From an uncultured Acidobacteriota bacterium (GTDB lineage: Bacteria; Acidobacteriota; Polarisedimenticolia; J045): DNA of 64,000 nucleotides. Positions 28,571-40,297 of the stretch are shown one piece after another. The notes beneath the pieces were generated by a model. That model had not been told where the DNA came from. It searched no databases and worked only from the letters and a program-made list of their open reading frames with translations. The position numbers and the translations under genes are program-made. The first letter of the stretch is position 1, and each line of letters begins with the position of its first letter. The stretch lies in the NCBI GenBank assembly GCA_963702425.1, contig CAVPCQ010000028.1:35990-99989 (forward strand), in the 5' to 3' direction.

Positions 28571-30969
28571 GCGGCTCGGGACGCGACAAGCCGCTGCCGC
28601 CGTCCACCTCTGCCGCGACGGTCGGCCGGAACGTGGACTCCGGGGCCGACACGCGTGCGGCGCCGGCGGGGAAGTCGGCCGGGCGCCCGCCGCGACCCGA
28701 CGGGATCGCCCACTACCGGATCGTGCGCGAGCTTGGCGCGGGCGGGATGGGGTGCGTCTACGAGGCCCACGACCTGATCCTCGATCGCCGCGTCGCGCTC
28801 AAGGTGCTGGCCGGGCACCTCGCGCACTCGCCGCAGGCGGCCGAGCGCTTCGAGCGCGAGGCCTGGGTCGCGGGCCGGCTCGATCACCCGAACCTCGTGC
28901 CGGTCTTCGAGCGCGGCGAGTGGGAGGGGACGCGCTACTTCACGATGCAGTACGTCGACGGCGGCTCGCTGGGCGACGTCGTCCGCCGGCTGCGCGAGAC
29001 CGGGCGCGACGAGCGGCACGGCCTCGTCTTCGGCACCCGCGACTACGTGGTGTGGGCTCTCGCGCACCTCGTCACCGCGGCGCGCGCGATCGACTACGCC
29101 CACCGCCACGGGGTCGTGCACCGCGACATCAAGCCGATGAACCTGCTGCTCTCGGCCGAGGACGGCGCGATCAAGGTCGCCGACTTCGGCCTGGCGATCG
29201 AGGCCGCCTCGCCGCGCCTGACGACCGTCGGCTCGGTGCTCGGCACGATCGCGTACATGGCGCCCGAGCAGGTGCTCGGCCGGAGCGACGAGATCGGCGT
29301 CGCGACCGACGTCTACGCCCTCGGCGTGACGCTGTTCGAGCTGCTGACGCTCGAGCTGCCGTACGGCGGGGCGACGCAGCAGCTCTACGTGCAGGAGGTC
29401 TTGACCGGCTCCGAGCGCCGCGCCAGCCGGATCAACGCGCGGGTCGGCTCGGACCTCGAGACCGTGATCCACAAGGCGCTCGAGAAGGAGCCGCAGGACC
29501 GCTACGCGAGCGCCGCGGCGTTCGCGGATGACCTGCAGGCAGTGCTCGACTTCCGGCCGATCCAGGCGCGGCGCCTGCCCTGGCCGCGCCGGGCGGTGAA
29601 GGCGGCGCGGCGCCGGCCGGCGGTCGCGGCGCTGCTGGCGCTGGCCCTGGTCAGCGTCCCGACGATCGGCGTCCTCGGCCAGCGCGCCGTGGCCCACCGG
29701 CGACTGGCGGCGGCGACCCAGGTCGAGACGCTGTGGCGCGAGGCGCGCTTTCTGGCCGAGCGTCCGGCGCGGCAGCGTGACGTCGTCGAGCGCGCGAGCG
29801 CGATCCTGGCGCTCGATCCGTCGCACCTGCCGGCGCTGCGCGCGCGGGCCTTCGGATACCGCCGCCTGGCGGAGGAGGCGCGCGAGGAAGCCGAGCGCTC
29901 GCGGCTGCGCGGGCTCGCGCTGGCCGACGTCGCGCGGTTGACCGAGCTGGCGCCGGACGCCGCGTGGCCGCAGCGCCTCGCGGCCGACACCCTGCGGCAG
30001 TTCGGCCGCGAAGAGGAGGCCCGCGCGGCCGAAGTGCGCGCGGCCGCGCGGGGCTCCACGGTCCCCTCCGACGAGGACCGGTTCCTCGACGCCCTGCTGG
30101 CCTACGAGCGCGGCGACTTCGACGCGGCGATCGCCGGCCTGTCGCCGATCGTCGCGCGCAAGCCGCAGTCGCTGGCCGAGCTGCGCTGGCGCGCCCGGTC
30201 CTACGCCGCCCGCGGCGACGTCGAGGCCGCGCTGATCGACTACCGCGTCGCGGCGGCGATCAACCCGGACGACGTCTTCAGCTACTTCGACCTCGGCGAG
30301 CTGCTCGGGCGGATGGGGAAGTTCGACGAGGCGCAGACCTACCTGCGGCGGGCGCTCGAGATCGAGCCCGGGCGGTTCGAGGTCCGCGAGGCGCTGGCCG
30401 ACAACTTCCTCGCGCAGGGGCGCGCCCGGTTCGCGGCGGGAGAGCGGGCGGCGGCGCAGGCGTCGTTCGCGGCGGCGGAGCGCGAGGCGCGGCAGGCGCT
30501 GGCGCTGAACCCGGCGGCGACCTGGGCCCGGATCGATCTCGGCGCGAGCCTGATGGAGGCCGAACGGTCGGCCGTCACGAGCGATCCGCGCCGCGTTGCG
30601 GCGGCGATCGACGCCTACGAGGAGGCGTTCGCGGCGCTGCAGAAGGCCGGTGACGCGGCCGACCCGCGCGCGCTCGTTGCGGTCTCGGCCAACCTCTGCG
30701 ACGCGCTGATCCAGCAGCGAAAGCTGACGCGGGCACTCGCCGTCTGCCGCGCCGCGGCCGCCGCCGACCCGGACGAGGCGGTCGCGCACTACAACCTGGC
30801 CGGTGCGTACGCGCTGCTCGGCCGGCGCGAGGAAGCGCTGGCGGAACTCGAGCGCGACGTCGCGCTGGGCGATCGCGACGCCGCGTACCTTGCGGCGGAC
30901 CCCTGGTTCGGGGCGCTCCGGGACGAGCCGCGCTTCGCGGCCCTCGTGGCGCGGATGCAGGGGCGGTAG
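28567..30969 (+). CDS. Hanks-type Ser/Thr protein kinase with TM segment and TPR repeats
   Basis: LGAGGMG, VALK, HRDIKPMN, DFG, YMAPE, DVYALG; TPRs and terminal HYNLAGAYALLG...DPWFGALRDEPRF; GTG start overlaps the upstream TGA. Confidence 0.92.
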   Translation: MSGSGRDKPLPPSTSAATVGRNVDSGADTRAAPAGKSAGRPPRPDGIAHYRIVRELGAGGMGCVYEAHDLILDRRVALKVLAGHLAHSPQAAERFEREAWVAGRLDHPNLVPVFERGEWEGTRYFTMQYVDGGSLGDVVRRLRETGRDERHGLVFGTRDYVVWALAHLVTAARAIDYAHRHGVVHRDIKPMNLLLSAEDGAIKVADFGLAIEAASPRLTTVGSVLGTIAYMAPEQVLGRSDEIGVATDVYALGVTLFELLTLELPYGGATQQLYVQEVLTGSERRASRINARVGSDLETVIHKALEKEPQDRYASAAAFADDLQAVLDFRPIQARRLPWPRRAVKAARRRPAVAALLALALVSVPTIGVLGQRAVAHRRLAAATQVETLWREARFLAERPARQRDVVERASAILALDPSHLPALRARAFGYRRLAEEAREEAERSRLRGLALADVARLTELAPDAAWPQRLAADTLRQFGREEEARAAEVRAAARGSTVPSDEDRFLDALLAYERGDFDAAIAGLSPIVARKPQSLAELRWRARSYAARGDVEAALIDYRVAAAINPDDVFSYFDLGELLGRMGKFDEAQTYLRRALEIEPGRFEVREALADNFLAQGRARFAAGERAAAQASFAAAEREARQALALNPAATWARIDLGASLMEAERSAVTSDPRRVAAAIDAYEEAFAALQKAGDAADPRALVAVSANLCDALIQQRKLTRALAVCRAAAAADPDEAVAHYNLAGAYALLGRREEALAELERDVALGDRDAAYLAADPWFGALRDEPRFAALVARMQGR

Positions 30970-31013
30970 CGATCGCAGTGATTCCACGGCGGGGATTCCG
31001 CGATAATCCCGGC

Positions 31014-34000
31014 ATGGACACCCCCGACCTCGCCGCCCTGCTCGCCCAGCTGCGCCTGGGGCTTCGCCACGCCGCCCAGTCCCGGACGCCGGTCCCGGGC
31101 GAGGTGCGCCGCCTGCTCGTCGCGCTCGCCGACGGACTCGAGCGGCGCGAGGCCGCCCTCGAACCGGTGATCGAGGAGAACGCGCTGGTGGCGCTCGAGC
31201 TGCTGGCGCAGGAGGACCTCGCGCTGCTCGCCGGCGACGGCCTCGACCTCGACGCCCTGGGCCGCGTCGGCAGCGGCCTGGCCCGCGCGCTGCGCGAGGC
31301 ACCGGCGGGGCCCGAGCACCCGCTGCGCCGCGCGGGGTGGGCGTGGCTCGACGTGGCGCGCCGCCCACCCGTCCCGCGGCTCGTCAGCCGGCTCGCGCCG
31401 GGTCGAGGCGTGGTGGCCGATCTGCTCGAGGTGATCGACGCCTCGGGGTTCACCTTCGGGCGGTTGTTCGCGCAGCGGGTCGAGTCGCTCGGCCCGCGCA
31501 CTCTCTTCCACGTGCCCGCGCGGGGCGTCGCCGGACGTCTCACCTGGCACGAGGTCTCCTCGACCGTCGACCGCATGGCGCGCGGCCTGCTGGCCCTGCT
31601 CGACGAGGCCCCTCCGGGCCCCGTCGCGATCCTCTCCGAGAACCGCTACGAGATGGCCGTCGTCGACCTCGCCTGCCTCACGACCGGCATCGTCAACGTG
31701 ATGATCCCGCCCGGATCGACCGAGGAGGACGTCGACTTCGTGCTCGAGGAGAGCGGCGCGACCGTCGCGATCGTCTCGAGCGAAGCGCAGCTGGCGAAGG
31801 TCGCCCGCGGCCGCGGCGCCGGGGGGCAGCTCGCGGCCGTCGTGATGCTCGACGCCCCCGGCCCCGACCTGCCGGGCGTGCTGTCGTTCGCCGAGCTGGT
31901 CGCCAAGGGACGGCTCGTCACGCTGGGCCGGCTGGCGCGGGCGCGCGACGCCGTCCAGCTGACCGACCTGGCGACGGTCATGTACACCTCGGGAACGACC
32001 GGACGCCCCAAGGGAATCCAGTTCTCGGGGCGAAACATCGTCAGCAAGCGCTTCGCGCGCGCGCTGGCCCTGCCGGCGCTCGGAGAGAACGACCTCTTCG
32101 TGGCCTACCTGCCGCTGTGCCACACCTTCGGCCGCTACTTCGAGATGTGCGGGACGATCTACTGGGGGGCGACCTACGTCTTCCAGGAGAGCCCTGCGAT
32201 CGACGCGCTGGTCCGGAACTTCCGCCACTTCGAGCCGACGGTCTTCATCAGCATCCCGAAGAAGTGGACCGAGCTGTACGAGGAGATCGCGCGCCGGGTC
32301 GACCTGGAGACGGCGCCGGCCGAGGCCGTGCGGGCCGCGACGCGCGCGGTCGTCGGGGGGCGCCTCGGCCTTCGGGCTCTCGGCGGCGGGGTACCTCGCG
32401 CCTTCGATCTTCCGCTTCTTCCAGTCGCAGGGCGTCGAGCTGATGAGCGGCTTCGGCATGACCGAAGCGACCGGCGGGATCACGATGACGCCGCCCGGCG
32501 AGTACCGCGACGACTCGCTCGGCCGGCCGTTGCCGGGGATCGAGACCGACCTCTCCGAGGAGGGGGAGCTGCGGATCCGTGGCCCCTACGTGACGATCGG
32601 CTACGCCGGGGACGGGGGATCGGGACTGGACGCGGAAGGATGGCTCGGCACCGGCGACCTGCTGGCGCGCGACGACGACGGCCACTTCCGTTTCGTCGAC
32701 CGCAAGAAGGAGATCTACAAGAACCTGCGCGGCGAGACGGTGACCCCCCAGCGCGTCGAGAACATGTTCCGCGAGTTCGAGACGGTGAAGCGCGTCTTTC
32801 TCGTCGGCGACCACCGCGAGTACAACACGGCGCTGATCGTCCCGAACGAGGACGCGACCGAGGTCGACCTCCGCGCGATGACCCAGGCCGAGCGTCGCGC
32901 CCACTTCCGGTCGCTCGTCTTCTCGGTCAACCGCTTTCTCGGGCACCACGAGCGGATCCTCGACTTCGCGCTGCTCGACCGGGACTTCTCCGAGGAGGCG
33001 GGGGAGCTGACGCCGAAGCTGACCTTCCGCAGGACCGTCGTGGTGCAGAGCTTCGCCGAGCCGATCGACGCGCTCTATCGCCGCGCGCTGCTGCGCGTCC
33101 CCGGCCTCGAGGTCCGGGTCCGGGTGCCGAACTGGCTGCTGCAGTCGAGCGGCCTGATCGCCGAGGACTTCGTGCTCGACGGGACGGTGCTGCGCGTGCC
33201 GGCGAACGACACCGCGCTGTCGATCGTCGGCCAGGGGCGCTCGGGCGACGCCGAGCGGGTGAGGGTCGGCGACGCGGAGTACCTGGTGCGCGGGCGCGTG
33301 CTCGACCTGGGGCGGCTCGTCGGCACGCTCGGGTTGTGGCTGGGCAACGGCCCGCTGCTTCGGTTCCTCGCGATCGAGCCCGACCAGCGGGTCCGCTTCC
33401 GCCGGCCCGGGAGCGAGATCGAGCGCGCGCCGGACGAGCCGGTGCCGCCGCCGGTGCCGCTCCCGGCCAAGCCGGCCGAGGAGCCCTCCGCGCTCGTGCT
33501 GCAGGTGAGCGACGCCGCGGTGGGTCTGCTCGGCCGCGACGCAGCGGCGGCGCGGACGGCGCTCGAGTTCCTCGAGCAGGTCGTCGCGCGGCGCGATCGC
33601 GCGCCCGTCGAGGCCGCGTTGCTCGCGCTCCGCCGCGGTGCACTGGCCGCCGCGCCGGCGACGCGACGCGAGGCGATGCGCGCGCTGCTGCCGATCGAGC
33701 AGGACCAGGAGTTCGTCGAGACGCTGACCCGATTCGCTTCCGTCGAGCGGCTCGACGACGACGCGGTGCAGCGGCTCGCCGGAGCGGCGCTCTCGGACGC
33801 CAAGCTCCGCGCGATCGTCGACCTGGCGCACCGGAAGGCGCAGGAGGGGGACGCGGCGGCGGCGGGTCCGTGGCTCGACCTGCTCGCGGCGCACGGGGCG
33901 ACCCGGCCCGGGCGCTACCGCGCGCTTCGCGTCGCGCTGGCGCGCGTCGCGGCCTTCGGGAGCAGCCGAGAGGTGCGCGCGCGCGGCGCGCAGGCGCTGG

Positions 34001-35773
34001 CGCGAGCTGGTCGACGGCTTCCGCGGGTGGATCGGCGGACCGATGAAGGTCGCCGTCGATCCCGACACCGACGAGGAGTACACCTGGTCCGACGTGGTCC
34101 GCTTCGACGCCGGCGTCCCCGAGGAAGATCGCGCACGGCTCTTCGCCGCGCTGTCGACGACCTGCCTCCTGCGCGAAGCGATCTTCCTGCTGGCCGGGGG
34201 ACACGTGATCCGCCTGTCGGACATCGCGCCCGGCGGGGTCACCGTGTCGCTGCTCGGCGACCGGCACGGCAAGCGCGTCTACCGGCTGAGCGTCGAGACG
34301 CGCGAGCACGACCGCATCGACGTCGCGCTCAACTACGCGCACGCGATGACGCCGAAAGAGGCGGGTGAGGAAGTCCTCTGGCTGCTCGTCGCCGGCGAGG
34401 AGCGCGATGGCGAGCGCCTCGTGGAGGGGCTCGGCGGCTACTGGCCGGTGCACGGGATGTTCACCGAGGAGTTCGTCGCCGGCGATACGCTGGGGCGGCT
34501 GGTCGACCGGCTTGCGCGGGTCGAGACGCCCGAGGGAAGCGAGCGCCTGCGGCAGCTCTGGCCCTTCCTCGCGTGGAGCGTCAGCCGGGCCTACCTCGAG
34601 TTCTGGCACCGGACCGGCCACCGCTTCGTGGCCGGCGACCCGTTCCCCGGCGGAGTCGTGGCGCCGTCGCACGACTACCAGGTCGGGCCGCGGATCGTCT
34701 CGCTCGGCACGCGACAGCCGTTCGCGGGGCTGGCGCGGCTGCTCTCGTCGGTCTGGGAGGGGATCGTGGTGGCGATCGAGCGCGCGCATCCGGAGCTGGA
34801 AGGGCTGGCGCCGCGCGAGCTCGCATTCGGGGCGCTGCTCGAGGTCGAGGGGATCGACGAGGGCCTCTCCCGGCTGGCGCGCGTCGCGGCCGACGACCCG
34901 GCGCTGGCCCCCGCGATCGAGCGCTACGCCCAGGAGGTGCGCCGGCACGGCTTCGTTCCGCGGCGGCTGCAGTTGGCGGTCGACCGCTACCGGCGCTGGG
35001 CCGCGCGGGCCGACGCGCCGACGCGCGAGGCGCGCGCGACGACCGTCGCGGAGCTGTGGCAGACCTACCGGCTGGCCCGGCTGCTTCCCGAGTACCCCGA
35101 CGCGAGGCTGCGCTTCTTCCGCGAGACGGTGTTCGCGGACTCGCCGGAGAACGTGCGGCGGGCGCTCGAGGAATTGGGGGCGGAGGTCACGCGCGGCGCG
35201 ATCGAAGGCGACGCGCTGGTGGCGAGGGTGCGCTCGCTGCGCTCGGTGATGGAGTCGGGCGCCGACGAAGAGTACTTCCTCGCGCGACTGTCGTACCCGC
35301 ACCTGCAGCCCGAGGACGCCGCGGTCTTCGTCTCGACCGGCGTCGGTGGCGCGCGCAAGTCCGACGTCGTGGTCACGCTGTCCGATCAGGCCGGCCGGCG
35401 GTTCCAGGTGCGCCCGCCGGTCAGCCCGCGCGAGGTGTCGCGGCTGCACAAGCTGTTCCTCGACGCGCGGCTGCCGGTGTCGTTCGGGCCGGAGCACGAC
35501 TTCCTCGTCGCGGTGGGCGAGCGAGGGGAGCCGGTCGGGGGCCTGTTCTACGATCACGATCCCGACGCGCGCACCGCGCACCTCGACAAGATCGTCGTCT
35601 CCGAGCGGTACCGCGGGCAGGGGGTGGGCGAGGCGCTGATGGGAGAGTTCATGGAGCGCCTGAAGGGCGCCGGGGTCGCGCGTCTCACGACCGGCTACTT
35701 CCGCCCGGAGTTCTTCCGCCGCTTCGGTTTCGCGGTCGATCAGCGGCTGGGGGGGCTGGTGCGGGAGCTGTAG
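31014..35773 (+). CDS. Long-chain acyl-CoA-synthetase-like AMP-binding protein fused to a helical region, a degenerate kinase-like domain and a C-terminal GNAT acetyltransferase (two frameshifts, near 32370 and 34010)
   Basis: YTSGTTGRPKG, GFGMTEA, GWLGTGDL, FVDRKKEI; GNAT motif VSERYRGQGVG. The frames join without intergenic gaps. Confidence 0.8.
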
Positions 35774-35944
35774 GAGGGGGTGGCGCCCTGTCGAGGACGA
35801 TACCGCGTGGCCCGGGAAGCTCGGTTCGGGAGCCAAGCGCTCGGGAGCCCGGTGCTCCCCGGGCACCGGCAACGGCATTGACTTAGGCAACGGTAAGACC
35901 ACTTCACGACCGCCCCGGCCGCGGATCGGCTATCGTTCGCGCCG

Positions 35945-38663
35945 ATGTCCGCCGTCGCCCCCGGATCGAAGCTCGGCCCGTACGAGGTCCTCTCGCGCCT
36001 CGGTGCGGGCGGCATGGGGGAGGTGTGGCGCGCCCGCGACGCGCGACTGCAGCGCGACGTCGCGCTCAAGATCCTGCCCGAGCTCTTCGCGGCCGACCCC
36101 GACCGCCTCGCCCGCTTCCAGCGCGAGGCCCAGGCCCTCGCCGCGCTGAACCACCCGAACATCGCGCAGATCTACGGCTACGAGGAGTCGGGCGGCGTGC
36201 GCGCGCTCGCGATGGAGCTGGTGGACGGCGAGGACCTGGCCGAGCGGCTGGCGCGCGGTGCCGTCCCGGTCGACGAGGCGCTGCCGATCGCGCGGCAGGT
36301 CGCGGAGGCGCTCGAGGCCGCGCACGAGAAGGGGATCGTCCACCGCGACCTGAAGCCGGCGAACGTCAAGCTGACCGCCGACGGCACGGTCAAGGTGCTC
36401 GACTTCGGGATCGCCAAGGCGATCTCGGGGGACGCGACCGGCGGCGTCGTCGACCTCCACGCCCACGCTGATGCCGACGATGACGAGCGCGGGGACGGTG
36501 GCCGGGATGATCCTCGGCACGGCCGCGTACATGTCGCCCGAACAGGCGCGCGGCAAGCCGGTCGATCGCCGCGCCGACGTCTGGGCCTTCGGCGCCCTGC
36601 TCTACGAGATGCTCACCGGGCGCCGCGCCTTCGAGGGCGAGACCGTGACCGACGTCCTGGCGGCCGTCGTCACGCGCGATCCCGACTGGGACGCGCTCCC
36701 GGCGTCGGTCCCGCCGTCCGTGCGGCGCCTGCTCCGTCGCACCCTGGTCAAGGACCCGCGCAACCGGCTGCAGGCGATCGGCGACGCGCGCGTCGTGCTG
36801 CAGGAGACGATCGCGGGAGCCGGGGAGACCGAGAGAGCCGTCCTCGCGGCGCCGCCGGTTCCGGTGCGCTCGCGGACCCGGCTGCTGCCGTGGGCGATCG
36901 CGGCGCTGTTCGGCCTGGCCGCGCTGGCGCTGGCCGTCGCGTTCCTCGGGCGCTCTCCCTCCGTTCCCGCCGCCGCGCGCACGATCCGGGCCGCCATCCC
37001 ACCGCCGCCCGGCACCGAGTTCGTCCCGATCGGGAGCGCCGCGGGCCCGCCCGCCCTGTCCCCGGACGGGCTCCACGTGGCGTTCGTCGCCCGCGATGCG
37101 AAGGGGACCTCGCGCCTCTACGTCCAGCCGCTGGCCACGGGCGAGCCGCGCGCGCTCGAGGGGACCGAGGGCACGCGCCGGCCGTTCTGGTCCCCGGACG
37201 GGCGGTCGCTCGGTTTCTTCGCCAACCAGCAGCTGCAGCGCGTCGAGATCGCCGGCGGCCGGCCCACCGTGATCGCCCCGGTCAGCGACGAGCGCGGCGG
37301 CAGCTGGGGGAAGGACGGCACGATCGTCTTCGCGCCGGACTTCAACGGCGCGATCTTCCGCATCCCCGCGGCCGGCGGGCGTGCCGAGCCGGTCACCACT
37401 CTCGACCGCACGCGCCGGGAGGGGACCCACCGCTACCCGTCGTTCCTTCCCGACGGCAGACACTTCCTCTACCTCGCGCGCGGGTACCTCGCCTACACCC
37501 ACGCCGACGAAGGCGTGTACGTCGGCTCGATCGACGATCCGGGCGTCCGCGTCAGGCTGCTCTCCTTCGCGACCAGCGCGGCCTACGGGGCCGGCCGGCT
37601 CTACTTCCTGCGCGACGGAGCGCTGGTGGCGCAGAAGTTCGATCTCGCACAGCTCCGGCTCGAGGGCGACCCGGCGGTGGTCGCGCGCGACGTGCGATTC
37701 GATCCGCGGTTCAGCCACGGCGTGTTCTCGGTCAGCGACTCCGGGCTGATCGTGTACCAGGCAGCGGGCGACCAGGACGACACCGAGCTGGTCTGGCTCG
37801 ATCGGCTGGGACACCGGATCGGCACCCTCGACGGCCCGGGCCACTTCGGCGGCGTGTCGATCTCACCGCAGGCCGACCGCGCGGTGACGTCGGTCTACGA
37901 CCCCGTCAGCTGGCGCGGCCACCTGCGCGTCTACGACGTCGCGCGCGGGACTTCGGCGCGGCTGACCTTCGAGCAGGCGGACGACATCGACCCGGTCTGG
38001 TCGCCGGACGGCACGACGATCGCGTTCGCCCGTCTCGCCGACGGGGGGTTCCACATCTGGACGAAGCCGGCCGACGGGTCCACGCCGGAGCGTCTGCTCT
38101 ACAAAGGGGACGGTTCGTTGAGCCCGGTGAGCTGGTCCGCCGACGGTCGCCTGCTTCTGACCTGGTCGACACCGACCGAGAAGGGAGAGACGGGGCTCTG
38201 GACGCTGGACGCGAGCGGGACGGGTACGCCGCAGCGCTTCACCGGGTCGCGCTTCAACGGCGAGCTGGCGCAGTTCTCGCCGGACGGGCGGTGGGTCGTG
38301 TTCGACGCCGACGAGTCGGGACCGACGCGCGCCTACGTCGCCGCCTTTCCGGACACCGGCGCACGCTGGCAGGTGTCGGACCAGGACGGAACGTCGCCGC
38401 GGTGGTCGCGGGACGGGAAGGAGATCGTCTACCTCGAGGACTCGACCTTCGTCACCGCCGTCCCCGTCGACCACTCCGGCGCGGCGCCCCGCTTCGGCAC
38501 GCCCGAGCGCCTGTTCGAGGTGCCGCTGGCGGTCACCCTGGAGTGGCGCTACGACGTGACCCGCGACGGGGAGCGCTTCCTGGTCGTGCTCCCGCTCGAG
38601 CACGCGCGTGCCGAGCCTTTCACCCTGGTCGTCGGCTGGGACGCCGGGAACCCGGCGCCGTAG
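35945..38663 (+). CDS. Ser/Thr protein kinase with TM segment and PD40/TolB-like propeller (one frameshift near 36460)
   Basis: [30 protein letters not shown]; repeated WSPDG/FSPDG. Confidence 0.92.
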
Positions 38664-38698
38664 CGCGGGCGGTCGCCGGCACGGGTAGACTCTGGCGC

Positions 38699-39199
38699 AT
38701 GACCCCGCCCCCGATCGTCTCCGTCATCATGGGTTCGCGCTCCGACTGGGAGACGCTCTCGGCCACCGCCGAGGCGCTCGAGCAGCTCGGCGTGCCGTAC
38801 GAGGTGCGCGTCGTCTCGGCGCACCGCACGCCCGACCTGCTGTTCGAGTTCGCGGAAGGGGCGGAGGCCCGCGGGATCGAGGTCGTCGTCGCCGGCGCGG
38901 GCGGCGCCGCGCACCTGCCCGGGATGGTCGCGGCCAAGACGCACCTCCCGGTGCTCGGCGTGCCGGTCCAGTCCAAGGCCCTCAACGGGCTCGATTCGCT
39001 GCTCTCGATCGTGCAGATGCCGGCCGGGATCCCGGTCGGGACGCTGGCCATCGGCCGCGCCGGCGCGACCAACGCAGGGCTGCTGGCGGCGGCGATCGTG
39101 GCCCGCACGCGGCCCGCGATCCGCGAAGCGCTGCTGGCCTTCCGCCGCGCGCAGACCGACGCGGTGCTGCAGCGGCCCGACCCGCGGGACGGCGCGTGA
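38699..39199 (+). CDS. purE: N5-carboxyaminoimidazole ribonucleotide mutase
   Basis: [39 protein letters not shown]. Confidence 0.97.
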   Translation: MTPPPIVSVIMGSRSDWETLSATAEALEQLGVPYEVRVVSAHRTPDLLFEFAEGAEARGIEVVVAGAGGAAHLPGMVAAKTHLPVLGVPVQSKALNGLDSLLSIVQMPAGIPVGTLAIGRAGATNAGLLAAAIVARTRPAIREALLAFRRAQTDAVLQRPDPRDGA

Positions 39200-40293
39200 G
39201 GATCGGGATCCTCGGCAGCGGGCAGCTCGGCCGGATGCTCGCGCTGGCGGGCTATCCGCTGGGGCTGGAGTTCGCGTTCCTCGATCCCTCCGACGGCGAG
39301 CCGGTGCGGCTGCTGGCGGACTTCCGGCGCGCCCCGTTCGACGACCCCGCCGGGCTGGCGTGGCTGGCGCGCGAGTGCGACGTCGTGACGTACGAGTTCG
39401 AGAACGTCCCCGCCGAGGCGGTCGCCTGGCTCGAGGGGCGCGTTCCAGTCCGGCCCGGGCCCCGCGCGCTGGCGGTCTCGCAGGACCGCGCGGTCGAGAA
39501 GCGCTTCTTCCGCGACCTGGGGATCCCGGTGCCGGCCTTCGCCGGCGTCGGCAGCCGCGTCGAGCTGGACGCGGCCCTGGCGGTGACCGGACTGCCCGCC
39601 GTGCTGAAGACGCGCTTTCACGGCTACGACGGCAAGGGGCAGTTCGTGATCCGCGATCCCGCCGACGCCGAGGCCGCGTGGCGCGCGCTGGGCGGGCAGC
39701 CGCTGATCCTCGAGGCCTTCGTCCCCTTCGACCGCGAGGTCTCGATCATCGCCGCGCGCGGGCTCGACGGTGCGACGGCGGTCTACCCGCTGGTCGAGAA
39801 CACGCACGGCGCCGGGATCCTGCGGCGCACGCTGGCCCCCGCACCGCGGCTCGATCCCGCGCTGCAGGCGGCGGCCGAATCGGCGGTGCTGCGCGTGATG
39901 GAGGCCCTCGACTACACCGGCACGCTGGCGCTCGAGCTGTTCGAGTGCCGCGGCGCGCTGCTCGCGAACGAGATGGCGACGCGCGTGCACAACTCGGGGC
40001 ACTGGACGATCGAGGGCGCGGCCACGAGCCAGTTCGAAAACCACCTGCGCGCGATCGCCGGCTGGCCGCTCGGACCCGCGCGCGCGATCGGCTGCTCCGC
40101 GATGCTGAACCTCGTCGGCGACATGCCGGACCCAGCGGCGGTCCTCGCCGTTCCGGGGGCGCACCTGCACCTCTACGGCAAGGACCCGCGGCCGGCGCGC
40201 AAGGTCGGACACGTCACGCTGTGGGCCGAGGATGACGCTCAGCTGGCGGCGCGGCTCGCGGCGCTGGAGCCGTTGCTTCGGGCCTCCGACTGA
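39196..40293 (+). CDS. purK: N5-carboxyaminoimidazole ribonucleotide synthase
   Basis: [41 protein letters not shown]; coupled to purE. Confidence 0.97.
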   Translation: MRIGILGSGQLGRMLALAGYPLGLEFAFLDPSDGEPVRLLADFRRAPFDDPAGLAWLARECDVVTYEFENVPAEAVAWLEGRVPVRPGPRALAVSQDRAVEKRFFRDLGIPVPAFAGVGSRVELDAALAVTGLPAVLKTRFHGYDGKGQFVIRDPADAEAAWRALGGQPLILEAFVPFDREVSIIAARGLDGATAVYPLVENTHGAGILRRTLAPAPRLDPALQAAAESAVLRVMEALDYTGTLALELFECRGALLANEMATRVHNSGHWTIEGAATSQFENHLRAIAGWPLGPARAIGCSAMLNLVGDMPDPAAVLAVPGAHLHLYGKDPRPARKVGHVTLWAEDDAQLAARLAALEPLLRASD

Positions 40294-40297
40294 GCGC

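Noticed and set aside
24586-30969. 2127-aa FG-GAP-kinase fusion ORF
   Set aside because: A frameshift near 28270 runs the FG-GAP frame into the kinase. The true C-terminus (QDAPCP*) is in another frame and the kinase has its own coupled GTG at 28567.
35800-35900. Short repeats (TCGGGAGCC x2, GGCAACGG x2) and a CCGGTGC..GCACCGG hairpin
   Set aside because: Probably an ordinary terminator or REP-like hairpin; too short to support more.
35945-39199. Kinase-PurE fusion ORF
   Set aside because: The frameshift near 36460 makes a junk middle; the kinase continues in the 36471-38663 frame and purE starts at 38699.
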